Below are positions 1-9,361 of a DNA stretch of 57,730 nt, in pieces. A program made the position numbers and the translations under genes. Source of the DNA: an uncultured Mycoplasma sp. Its GTDB lineage: Bacteria > Bacillota_I > Bacilli_A > RF39 > UBA660. Location of the stretch: NCBI GenBank assembly GCA_946500895.1, contig CAMMXG010000005.1, positions 1 to 57,730 on the forward strand. The letters run 5' to 3'. The notes under the pieces were generated by a model. It was not told the origin of the DNA. It did not search any database and saw only the letters and a list, made by a program, of their open reading frames with translations. How positions within the stretch are numbered: position 1 is the first letter of the stretch; each line of letters opens with the position of its first letter.

Positions 1-2
1 TT

Positions 3-425
3 GCTAAAATTGAAAAAGGTGAAAGAAAGAAACCTAATGTATTATCTTTAAAAAAGCTAAGTTCGGTGTTAAATATTTCTTTAGAAAATTTGATGGAACT
101 ATGTGAATATAATAAAGAGGAAATTGAGGCAACGGTAAATAATTCTTATCGTAGTATAGTTATTAAACCTGAAAATGCTCCAATTTTAGTACTTGATGAT
201 ATAATTAATCAAATGAAAGATGAATTATATATTAAAATGGTTATTAAAGAATTATTAGATAATTGTAATTTAGATGAGTTAAATATTATTTCTAAATTAG
301 ATAAAAAAGAAAAAAATAGGGTTATTAAACTTATAAAAAAATACACTCAGGCAAATGAAGAAAATATAAAAAATCAAAAAATATCAATTGAAGATTTAAA
401 AAAACTTCTTACTGAATCAAAATAA
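3..425 (+). CDS. XRE-family HTH regulator, 5'-truncated by the window edge
   Basis: The frame is open from position 3 and reads AKIEKGERKKPNVLSLKKLSSVLNISLENL, a typical HTH_3 C-terminal half. The ORF-track start at 66 is internal. Confidence 0.75.
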   Translation, partial: AKIEKGERKKPNVLSLKKLSSVLNISLENLMELCEYNKEEIEATVNNSYRSIVIKPENAPILVLDDIINQMKDELYIKMVIKELLDNCNLDELNIISKLDKKEKNRVIKLIKKYTQANEENIKNQKISIEDLKKLLTESK

Positions 426-594
426 TTTCTTTCGGTTAGTAATGACAATATGACAAGAATTATAGATACATGGCTCGGGTGGAATAGAGGTGTCATACAT
501 GTCACACGATGATATCTAATTGGTATGGTTAAAACAAATTATGATGGTTTAACGTGGTGGAGCTAAACCTAATGGTATATGAGGAGGTATTTTT

Positions 595-2439
595 GTGAAA
601 AAATTAAAATTTTTAATTCAAAACGAAAAATTAATGAGTGAATGGGACTATGAAAAAAACAAAAATATTGATGTGTCAAAAATAACCTTTTCAAGTGGTA
701 AAAAATATTGGTGGAAATGCTCAAAGGGACATAGTCATTATGCAAGCGTTGCTAGTAAAAATAAAGGAATGAAATGTCCTGTTTGTAATGGACATAAGGT
801 TCTAATAGGGTATAACGATTTGTTTACAGTTTGCCCTAATTTAAAAAAAGAATGGGATTTTGAAAATAATATTTTAAATCCTTATAAATTGACTGCTGGA
901 TCAAATAAAATAGCTAGCTGGGTTTGTGTAAATGGACATCATTTTAATATGAAAATTTCTCATCGAAAAGATGGACATGGATGCCCTTATTGTTCGGGGA
1001 ATAAAATATTAAGTGGTTTTAATGATCTTGAAACGTGGTGTAAAAATCATGATAATCATACATTAAAAAAATGGGATTATATAAAAAATAACATTTTACC
1101 TTCGGAATGTTCTAAAACCAGTAATTTAAAAGTTTGGTGGAAATGTGATATATGTGGTTATGAATATAAAAATTCTATTGGCAATGAAGTTTCTAACATT
1201 TATTGCCCAAAATGTAACAAAAGAAATAAAACGTCTTTTCCAGAACAAGTAATATATTTTTATTTAAAAAAAGAGTTTCACGATGCAATTAATGGATATA
1301 AAGATAAAAAAAATGGAATTACGGAGATTGATATATATATTCCTTCATTAAAAATTGGTGTTGAATATGACGGTATCAATTGGCATGGAAGTGATACAAC
1401 TTATAAGAAAGAATTATTGAAGTATAATGCGTGTAGAAATAATAATATTCATTTAATACGATTTAAGGAAAAAGTTCTAGAAAGAGATTTTAAAACTTGC
1501 GATGAAATATTAACTTCTTCATACAATATAGACATTTCTAAATTTAATGATGAAGTGCAAAGTTTCATTAATAGGTACAATGATAACATAAAAATAGATA
1601 TAGAAAAAGATAGGGTAAACATATACAATCAATATTTGTCTATATTAAAAAATAAATCTTTAGCAATTTTATATCCTGAAATAGCGAAAGAATGGGATTA
1701 TGAAAAAAATAGTCCTCTTACTCCTGAAATGATACCGGCTTTTATTAATGAGAAGTTTTATTTTGTTTGTAATAAGGGCCATTCATATGAAATCAATGTG
1801 TCAAAGAGAACTTCCAGAGGAGATTCTTGCCCTATATGTTCAGGAAAAAGAGTTCAAAAAGGATATAATGATTTAGCAACAACTAATCCTGAATTATTAA
1901 AAGAATGGGATTACGAAAAAAACATTATTAAACCTGAAGAAATATCTAGGGGATATGATAAAAAGGTATGGTGGAAATGTAAAAAATGTGGAAATTCATA
2001 TTATAGTAGCCCAAATTCTAGAAGTTCTCAAAATGTTGGGTGCAAATATTGCAATGGTGGCGTTGCTAAAAAAGTTAATCAGTATGACAAAAATGGAAAC
2101 TATATTAAAACATATGATAGTTGTTCAGAAGCTGCAAGAATTTTAGAAGTATCAAATAGCGCAATTTCAAATGCTTGTAAAAAACATAGTTTATGTTCAG
2201 AATATCAATGGCGGTACCAAGATGAAAGTAATATAAATAAAGATAGTATTGGAAAATATAACTCGGAACTTTTCAATAATAAAGAAGTTTGCCAATATAC
2301 ATTAGATGGCGAATACATTAAAAGTTATAGTAGTATTACAATAGCACAAAGGGAAACTGGCGCTTCTAAAATTGGAATGGTTTGCGTTGGCAAAAGACAT
2401 TCTTCTGGAGGTTATATTTGGAAATATAAAGAAAAATAA
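595..2439 (+). CDS. Repeated zinc-ribbon (DUF4379-like) protein with central PD-(D/E)xK/Vsr-like nuclease domain and two C-terminal NUMOD1-like domains
   Basis: Five EWDYEKN...W.C..GH...CPxC-like repeats; EIDIYIPSLKIGVEYDG..WH; KKVNQYDKNGNYIKTYDS and KEVCQYTLDGEYIKSYSS; GAGGAGG RBS upstream. Confidence 0.75.
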   Translation: MKKLKFLIQNEKLMSEWDYEKNKNIDVSKITFSSGKKYWWKCSKGHSHYASVASKNKGMKCPVCNGHKVLIGYNDLFTVCPNLKKEWDFENNILNPYKLTAGSNKIASWVCVNGHHFNMKISHRKDGHGCPYCSGNKILSGFNDLETWCKNHDNHTLKKWDYIKNNILPSECSKTSNLKVWWKCDICGYEYKNSIGNEVSNIYCPKCNKRNKTSFPEQVIYFYLKKEFHDAINGYKDKKNGITEIDIYIPSLKIGVEYDGINWHGSDTTYKKELLKYNACRNNNIHLIRFKEKVLERDFKTCDEILTSSYNIDISKFNDEVQSFINRYNDNIKIDIEKDRVNIYNQYLSILKNKSLAILYPEIAKEWDYEKNSPLTPEMIPAFINEKFYFVCNKGHSYEINVSKRTSRGDSCPICSGKRVQKGYNDLATTNPELLKEWDYEKNIIKPEEISRGYDKKVWWKCKKCGNSYYSSPNSRSSQNVGCKYCNGGVAKKVNQYDKNGNYIKTYDSCSEAARILEVSNSAISNACKKHSLCSEYQWRYQDESNINKDSIGKYNSELFNNKEVCQYTLDGEYIKSYSSITIAQRETGASKIGMVCVGKRHSSGGYIWKYKEK

Positions 2440-2654
2440 AAAAAGGGTTTGGGGTTTCCCAAAGGAGAATTTCGTGCGGGAGTAGAAATTCAGTGCTGGC
2501 TATACAATAAAATTATTCCCTTAAAAGATTAAGTATTGATATTATTCAAAGAAATTACTAAAAAAATTTATTTAAAAGAGTATGAAAAAAGTTATAAAAG
2601 TGATATAATAGCATTGTACTTAGAAACAGATAATAGTTTTATTTTGTACATTCA

Positions 2655-3122
2655 ATTCGGTGAAAGTCCGAGGAACTCTTATTATGGGAGTATTAGCATT
2701 GCTAGACGCAATAGCTAGGTAATGATATGGAGCCCTTGTGGTTCGCTAGCAGACAAGCTGCAGCTCACCTACAAGTGCTAACCATACATGACGTAATTTG
2801 CCAAGTATATGGAGATTAATTAAGATTTCAGATCGCTGCTTGCCCCTTTGTAAGTTTATGTTATAAGTTTGTAAAGGAGGTAGGTCTATGAAGAAAAAAA
2901 ACAAACAAATAGTTACGATTATTTTCGTAATATTAACATTTATTTTTTTATTTGTAGTGAAGGTTTTAAATTTAAATCCTTATGAAATATTTTTGGGTTT
3001 AAGTTTTATAGGATTTTTAAAAGTTGCTTTAGAAAATTTTCCTAATGGGGAAGCCCTTCTAACGAAGCTGAGTATTATCACTTAATTAATTGTTGATATA
3101 TGCTTGGCGTTTTTACGTTTTG
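2655..3122 (+). ncRNA. Putative retron-associated structured RNA (msr-like hairpins plus a long stem enclosing the small ORF)
   Basis: GC-enriched short hairpins at 2657-2785; long imperfect inverted repeat 2791-2846 / 3047-3118 with G-U pairs; immediately upstream of a retron-type RT. Confidence 0.7.
2888..3085 (+). CDS. Small two-TM membrane protein, putative retron effector
   Basis: AAGGAGG RBS at 2874-2880; basic N-terminus and two hydrophobic stretches; lies in the loop of the long RNA stem. Confidence 0.7.
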   Translation: MKKKNKQIVTIIFVILTFIFLFVVKVLNLNPYEIFLGLSFIGFLKVALENFPNGEALLTKLSIIT

Positions 3123-3133
3123 GAGATGATATT

Positions 3134-4318
3134 ATGAAAAAAATTAAAAATACAGAATCTATTTTATACAATAGAGGTAGCAAAAAGTTTGTAGCAGATT
3201 TATTGTCTGATAAGAAAAACAATATAATCTTTACTAAAAATGATTTAAATAATATTATATATAAGTATGACAAAAAAGGAATAATATTTTTTGAAGATAA
3301 AAAAACAAAAAAACGTTACAAAAAAGTACCGAAAGATTATTCACCAAAGAAATATAGGAAATTTACTGACGTATTAGAACCTCGTAAAACAGCTTTAAAA
3401 AAGTTGAATAAATATTTGTCTGAATTAAGAATACCCAATTATGTATTTGCAAAAACTGATGGTGGTTATGTGAAAAATGCAAAATTTCATAAAGGAAATA
3501 CTAACTTTTTATTAATTGACATAGCAAGTTTTTATCCAAATTGTAAATTTAATCAAGTGAAACAGTTCTTTATGTCTGGTGGTGGCTTTAGAATGAAAAA
3601 TGATTTGGCACAAAGGCTGGCTGAATTAGTAACTGTTCCAGAAAAGGAAAATTCAAAAGTTAGAGTTATACCGCAGGGGTTTTCAACTAGTACATTAATA
3701 AGTTTTTTTTCTTACAAAAAAATGTTTGCTGAATTAAATAAATTGGCAATAGAAAATAATTTGATTTTTAGTACTTATGTGGATGATGTAACATTTTCTA
3801 CTAATAATGAAAATTTTGATTTTAATAATATATTGAATAAAATAGATGTAATTCTAAAAAAATATGGTCACAAAAGAAAAATTGAAAAAACTCAAATATG
3901 TTTATTGAGTAATGGAGAATGTCCTACAATAACCGGTATATGGATTAAAAGATACAAAGTAAGAGCTTCAGCCAAGATATATAAGAAATTAATTTTTAAT
4001 TATAGATGGTTAAATTCAAATGCTATAACTGATTCAAAAAGTTATTTAAATGCATGGAAACATTTTGTCGCTTTAAAAGGATTATTAAATACAATTGATT
4101 ATATTGAACCAATAACAAAGAAAAAAAGAGATTTTATTAGAAAATATGTGAATGAAAATGATAAAAAATTCTTAAAAAATATATCACCTTATAATAGGAA
4201 AATTAATAGCAATTACTGGAAAGGTAAATTTTATAATGCCTATTTAAGTAATAATTTAGAAATTTTTTATATTGCTAATAAAGATAAATTAACAAAAAAG
4301 AGAACTAAAATATATTAA
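3134..4318 (+). CDS. Retron-type reverse transcriptase
   Basis: NAKFH (NAxxH), IDIASFYP, IPQG, YVDD and ITG (VTG-like) motifs. ATG 3134 follows a GGAGA RBS, so it is preferred over the track start at 3104. Confidence 0.9.
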   Translation: MKKIKNTESILYNRGSKKFVADLLSDKKNNIIFTKNDLNNIIYKYDKKGIIFFEDKKTKKRYKKVPKDYSPKKYRKFTDVLEPRKTALKKLNKYLSELRIPNYVFAKTDGGYVKNAKFHKGNTNFLLIDIASFYPNCKFNQVKQFFMSGGGFRMKNDLAQRLAELVTVPEKENSKVRVIPQGFSTSTLISFFSYKKMFAELNKLAIENNLIFSTYVDDVTFSTNNENFDFNNILNKIDVILKKYGHKRKIEKTQICLLSNGECPTITGIWIKRYKVRASAKIYKKLIFNYRWLNSNAITDSKSYLNAWKHFVALKGLLNTIDYIEPITKKKRDFIRKYVNENDKKFLKNISPYNRKINSNYWKGKFYNAYLSNNLEIFYIANKDKLTKKRTKIY

Positions 4319-4349
4319 AATATATATTAAAAGTAGTTCTCTTTTTATA

Positions 4350-4661
4350 TTATATAAAATTAGTTATTTTTAATTTTTTAATATTAATAATTTTTAAATT
4401 ATATTTAATTTTTAAAATATTTTCTATTTGCGGAATTAATTTATAAGCATTACATCTAACATTAAATATATCTAATGCTGAATTAATATGATTGATTAGA
4501 GGACAGTCTGTTAAACAATTTCTACTATGACCATTTGCTAAATAAAATGCTACTGTTTCTGGTATTACAAACTTAATAAGATATTCATTATAATTGTTGT
4601 AGAATTGTAATAATATTTCCTCAAATTCTTTATCTGTAATATCTTCTTTACCTTTAATCAT
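4350..4661 (-). CDS. Hypothetical protein
   Basis: 103-aa ORF overlapping the tnpV stop; GGAG RBS. Confidence 0.55.
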   Translation of the reverse strand: MIKGKEDITDKEFEEILLQFYNNYNEYLIKFVIPETVAFYLANGHSRNCLTDCPLINHINSALDIFNVRCNAYKLIPQIENILKIKYNLKIINIKKLKITNFI

Positions 4662-5020
4662 ATTTTTTCTCCATAGATAATTTCTTTTAAAATCATCTCT
4701 TCAGCAATATTTCTATAATTATTCATTTTTTGAATCCATAATAATTGATTTTCAAGTTTTAGTTTTTCTGTAATAGAAGTATCAGATATTGTTAACTCAT
4801 TAATTATATGATTTACTTTCTTTTCAGCTTCTAAACCAACTGAAAAAAGATGTTCATTTAATTTATCTTTCATAAGTAATTCTTGATATAATGCTTTTTT
4901 GTTTGATTTTAAAAATTCTAGTCTTAATAATCCATATTTATTTAATTGTTTATTTTCTTTTTTAGCTAGTACTAAATTTGGTAATAAATAATCTCCACAT
5001 TTTTTATAAGTTATTTCCAT
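4658..5020 (-). CDS. tnpV: TnpV-family transposon-encoded protein
   Basis: GDYLLPNL...YGLLRLEFLK...ITEKLK..NQLLWIQKMNN..N.AEE pattern matches TnpV of Tn4451-like elements. Confidence 0.8.
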   Translation of the reverse strand: MEITYKKCGDYLLPNLVLAKKENKQLNKYGLLRLEFLKSNKKALYQELLMKDKLNEHLFSVGLEAEKKVNHIINELTISDTSITEKLKLENQLLWIQKMNNYRNIAEEMILKEIIYGEKI

Positions 5021-5215
5021 AATAATTTCCTTTCTGTATGTGAAGAATTAATAATAGTATTATCATTTTTAGGTACCCATTTAGGTACTCAATTTGTAAT
5101 ATTTGTTAATTATATTTAAAATTTAATAAATATATTTAATTTGAAATTGCTTGAAATATAAGGAATTTAACTAGCAATAATTGGTTTTATGCGTCATATA
5201 TTTTTGCCCCCTGAA

Positions 5216-5238
5216 GGAGCCGAAAGGCTCCATTTTTG
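5216..5238 (+). terminator. Intrinsic terminator-like hairpin near a possible element boundary
   Basis: GGAGCC-GAAA-GGCTCC followed by ATTTTTG. Confidence 0.6.
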
Positions 5239-5948
5239 TTAGGTGTAGTTTAGGTATAAATATAAAACTGATTTAGATATTGTAAATTGTTATATGATAA
5301 AATAAAAATAATTTGCTAAATTTATAGATGTATGATTGTGATATTAATTACGCATACAGGTATATTTGATATTGATAATATCATATTAAATTATTTAGGA
5401 CCGTATTGTTTACTTTTATTATTACAAAATTTTATTTTTTTTGATAGGATTATAAATTGAAATATATTTTAAAAAATTAGTACTCTATTCATGATTGTGT
5501 ATGATTTTATTTTTTTGTATAATATGAGTTGAAGATAAAAATTGATTTTAAGAAAAAGATATAAATTAATATCATTTTGTTAACTCAACTATTAGTTTGT
5601 ATAGTAATTTTGTGATTTATTATAAAATTGAATCATGAATGAATCTAATTAAAACAGACAAACGAAAAGAACTTAGCAACTGAAAATTGAATATATTGGA
5701 TAGTGCTATTTCTATATGAGGAAAAGTGTAAAAATGTTATTTATTATGACACTTATTTTTATGAAGTTGTTAGATGTAATGTGAATCAAGATAATGAAAA
5801 TTTAGAAAGTTTAAATGATTTCTTTGGAAGAGGCAATATTTTAAAATAAGGCATTATGCATCTTGAAATGTTTTTATATTTTTGATAAACTTGGAGTAGC
5901 TAGTAATGCTAATTAAATTTAAGATTTTTTAGCAATGGGGTGATTTAT

Positions 5949-7083
5949 ATGAATGATGATGCAATGAAATATATTATTGGTCAGGCTATAAGTAATATAC
6001 TTTCAGAAACTGGGAATGCATATGCCACGTTAACTGAAATATATAATGAAGTATCAAATATTAAAAATGAACCAATTAGTGAAGGATTAAAATCACAGGT
6101 AAGAGGACGGTACAGGAGTGCTGTTCACAATATGATAATTATTTGGGTAAAGATGATTTTTTTCAAACAAAAGGAAAATATAGTGGATTGTGGAAGAACA
6201 AAATAACAGGTGAAAATGAACTCACTCCATATATAAATAATATAATTAAACAGTATCCAGGCATTGATACAGTTACCTTAAAATCTAAGCTATATGAGAT
6301 AATTAATTTAACTCCTGGTGATAAAGCAATTAGTTTAACAAGAAATGGCGAAATGAAAATAGATCAAATTATGAGAAATTTTGTTTCTCATAAAGATAGC
6401 CATGAAGCAATTAGGTTTGAAGCAAATGGTCGAACATATAAAATGTATTTTGAAGGTGAAGAAGGGGAAGTGATTGATACTGATTTATGTGAAAATATTA
6501 CACAAGATGATAATGTATATAAAATCATATTTGCAGAAAATGAAAAGCCAGAAGAAAATACTGCAGATATTAAACTTAGTTTTGTTTTTGACGAATTAGT
6601 CCCCAAAAAAGTGAAAAATATGGATAGTAAAGTTTTTATTAGAAAAAATGATATTAATACTTGGATAAAAAGAGAAAAAAGCAGAATTAAAAATGGAAAT
6701 TTAGCAGAAAGCAGGTATATGCATCTGAAAAAGAAAAATTACGAAAACTTCATCGAGATGATTTGGCTGAAAAGGTTAAATGGATATCACGAGATAGTGG
6801 TGATGGTTATGGATACGACATTTTAAGTTATGAATTAGATGAAAATAACCAGGGAAATGAAATTTATATTGAGGTAAAAAGTACATCTAACTTAAATGAT
6901 GACTTTATAATGTCAGCTAATGAATTGAAATTTGCCAGAGAACACTTAGATAAATATAGATTGTATAGAGTTGCGAAACTAAAAAGTAATAATCCGATTT
7001 GCAGAATAGTATATGGTAATTTAGATAATGTTTTTAACTTTGATTCTAACGAATTTAAAGTATCTATAAAAAGTGATAATTAG
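5949..7083 (+). pseudogene. DUF3883 (NOV C-terminal, PD-(D/E)xK-like) protein split by two frameshifts
   Basis: Three overlapping ORFs each shifted by -1; restoring one base near 6111 and one near 6710 joins them. C-terminus GDGYGYDILS...IYIEVKST...MSANE. Confidence 0.75.
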
Positions 7084-7187
7084 TCACTTTTTTTGTGAAG
7101 TAATAAACTATATTTTTAAAATATAGTAAATATATTTGACAAATATATTAAAAATGTATATAATATTTATCAAGAAAGGGAAAAATT

Positions 7188-7418
7188 ATGAATAATGATA
7201 GTTTAAAAAGAGAACGATTTGTCAAGATTGCTGAAAATAGAACTAACAAAATTATTTATATGTTAAAGTTATTAGGTAATTGTTCAAATAAAAATAATTA
7301 TACTTATGATGAAAATGATGTTAGACAGATTTTTAATGCAATTGATCAAGAGTTAAAAATTACTAAAAGCAGGTTTCAAGAAGCTCAAAGTAATAAAAAA
7401 GAGTTTAAATTAAAGTAA
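7188..7418 (+). CDS. Small conserved helical protein, first gene of the GHKL module
   Basis: KRERFVKIAENRTNKII..LKLLGNCSNKNNYTY; TTGACA and TATAAT upstream (7136-7163). Confidence 0.7.
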   Translation: MNNDSLKRERFVKIAENRTNKIIYMLKLLGNCSNKNNYTYDENDVRQIFNAIDQELKITKSRFQEAQSNKKEFKLK

Positions 7419-7444
7419 AGTTAGTAGTTTGGAGGTATGTATAT

Positions 7445-9361
7445 ATGAAAAAGTGGACATTTCCAAGTGTAAAGAATATAGGAATTAAGGGATTTAATGA
7501 TATTGGTGAAGAATTTAAAGATAATCCTATGTTTCATTTAGCTAAAGAAATATGTCAAAATTCTTTGGATACAAAAGTTACCAGTGCATATAAAAGTAAT
7601 GGAGAACCTATTAGAGTCGAATTTAAGGAGTTTTTGATGACACCTGAAAGTATTCCCGGCAATGAAAATGGAGAATTTAAAAAAATAATCGAGGATGAAT
7701 ATATTTTTAATAAGAATTATTATGAAAATGATAATACAGTACCTGACTTTTATAAGAACGCATTAAAACTTTTAAATGAAGGTTTCATCAAATGCTTAAG
7801 AATTAGTGATTTTAATACTACTGGTTTAATTGGATCAGATAAAAAATCACATACGCCTTGGATTGATTTGACTAAAAATGCTGGTGTAACAGATAAACCA
7901 GAGGGTTCTGCAGGAAGTAAGGGGAAAGGAAAGTTTGCTTCATTTATTTGTTCTGATTTTTACACAGTATTTTATAGTACAAAAGCTAATGATGGTTTGG
8001 ATGCATCCTGTGGAATTTCTCGAATTTCTGGATACGAAAAAGAAGATGGTACGACTACAATTGGCGAAGGATATTATGAAGATGATGAAAGGCCACTTAA
8101 CTATTGTTTAAATTTAGATAATAGTTTTAAGCGAGATAGTTATGGAACGGATATTTATGTGTTAGGTTTTAAAAGTACCTATGAAAATTGGAAAGAAAAA
8201 ATGTGTGCTTCTATCATTGAAAATTTTTTTGTAGCAATATATAAAGGTGATTTAGTTGTAACAATCGGAAATGACTATCAAATAAATCGATTTACTATTA
8301 AGGAGTATATAGATAATCCAATTATTTCTAAGCATTTATTACCTGATACTAAGTGTTATTATAATATTTTAACAGCGGATGAAGATGATGTATTATTATC
8401 AAGTTGTGATATGTTTGAAAAGGAAGATGTTATCTTAAAGTTAAGAAAAGATGATATGGATTTGTCGGATATCAATAAAGTTGCTATTGTAAGATTAACT
8501 GGTATGAAAATATTTGATATGACAAAATTGCCAAGGTTAGGAAAATATCATGGTATATTGTATATGCAAGGAGTAAAAGTTAACGATTATTTTAGAAAAT
8601 TAGAAAATGCTACTCATAGTAATTGGTCAGCAGATAGGGTTCAGGATTCGGCTGATGCTAAACGGAAAATAAAAGAAATAAGAGATTTTGTTATGGAATC
8701 AATCAAAAATTTAATGGGTAATATTACATTAGATGAAGTTAGTGCTACAGGGGTAGGGGAAATTCTTCCTGATGAGGATGAATTTTCTAATTCTGAAGAT
8801 AGTAATAAAAATGAAAGTATAGAAAACGAAATAATAAAAACTATTGAAATTATTGAGACAGGGCCAGAAAAAGTTAAGAAAGAAGAAAAGATAACTAATG
8901 AAGAAAATGATGAACTTGGCTTGGTATTAGATGAAAATGGACAAATTATTGATACAAGACCAGAAGTTAACTCTATTGATCCATATCCCGGTCCGAATCC
9001 AAATCCTATGCCTCCTAAAGAGAATCGCTATTTAGAAGTTAATAAAAAAATATTGCCAAAAAAATTAAGATTAATGGCAAATAATGGATATTATAAATTA
9101 ATATTAGCCTTAAATGATAATGAAGAGATCATTAAAATTTGTGTAAATATTTATGGTGAGAGTGGTACGGAAAAAGCTATAATTTTAAATGCTAAATGTT
9201 CTATAAAGTCTAAATTATTTGGTTCAACTGTTCCAGTTGAAATTAGTGATAATAGCATAATCCTTAAAAATCTTAATAAGGACTATGTTTATGACTTAGA
9301 ATTTTATGTTAAAAGTGATGCGATTTGGCCTTTGGAGGTGAAAGTTTATGGTGAGAAATAA
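7445..9361 (+). CDS. GHKL (HATPase-like) ATPase domain protein
   Basis: KEICQNSLD, LRISDFNTTGL, GSKGKGK and YGTDIYV match GHKL motifs I-IV; acidic and proline-rich linker in the C-terminal third. Confidence 0.75.
   Translation: MKKWTFPSVKNIGIKGFNDIGEEFKDNPMFHLAKEICQNSLDTKVTSAYKSNGEPIRVEFKEFLMTPESIPGNENGEFKKIIEDEYIFNKNYYENDNTVPDFYKNALKLLNEGFIKCLRISDFNTTGLIGSDKKSHTPWIDLTKNAGVTDKPEGSAGSKGKGKFASFICSDFYTVFYSTKANDGLDASCGISRISGYEKEDGTTTIGEGYYEDDERPLNYCLNLDNSFKRDSYGTDIYVLGFKSTYENWKEKMCASIIENFFVAIYKGDLVVTIGNDYQINRFTIKEYIDNPIISKHLLPDTKCYYNILTADEDDVLLSSCDMFEKEDVILKLRKDDMDLSDINKVAIVRLTGMKIFDMTKLPRLGKYHGILYMQGVKVNDYFRKLENATHSNWSADRVQDSADAKRKIKEIRDFVMESIKNLMGNITLDEVSATGVGEILPDEDEFSNSEDSNKNESIENEIIKTIEIIETGPEKVKKEEKITNEENDELGLVLDENGQIIDTRPEVNSIDPYPGPNPNPMPPKENRYLEVNKKILPKKLRLMANNGYYKLILALNDNEEIIKICVNIYGESGTEKAIILNAKCSIKSKLFGSTVPVEISDNSIILKNLNKDYVYDLEFYVKSDAIWPLEVKVYGEK

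Noticed and set aside
2536-2718. 60-aa ORF upstream of the retron
   Set aside because: TTG start with no RBS; overlaps the likely promoter region and RNA hairpins.
2888-4318. The small TM ORF and the RT are in the same frame, separated by one TAA, suggesting a TM-RT fusion or readthrough
   Set aside because: The RT has its own GGAGA RBS before ATG 3134, and the intervening bases are explained as the 3' arm of the RNA stem. Shared frame can be chance. Not fully excluded.
3134-4318. This RT as the enzyme for the TR array
   Set aside because: It has retron motifs (NAxxH, ITG) and its own upstream RNA, and lies about 22 kb away in a separate island.
5260-5940. Long AT-rich intergenic stretch
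   Set aside because: No convincing repeats, RNA structure or intact ORF found by eye; possibly decayed gene sequence.
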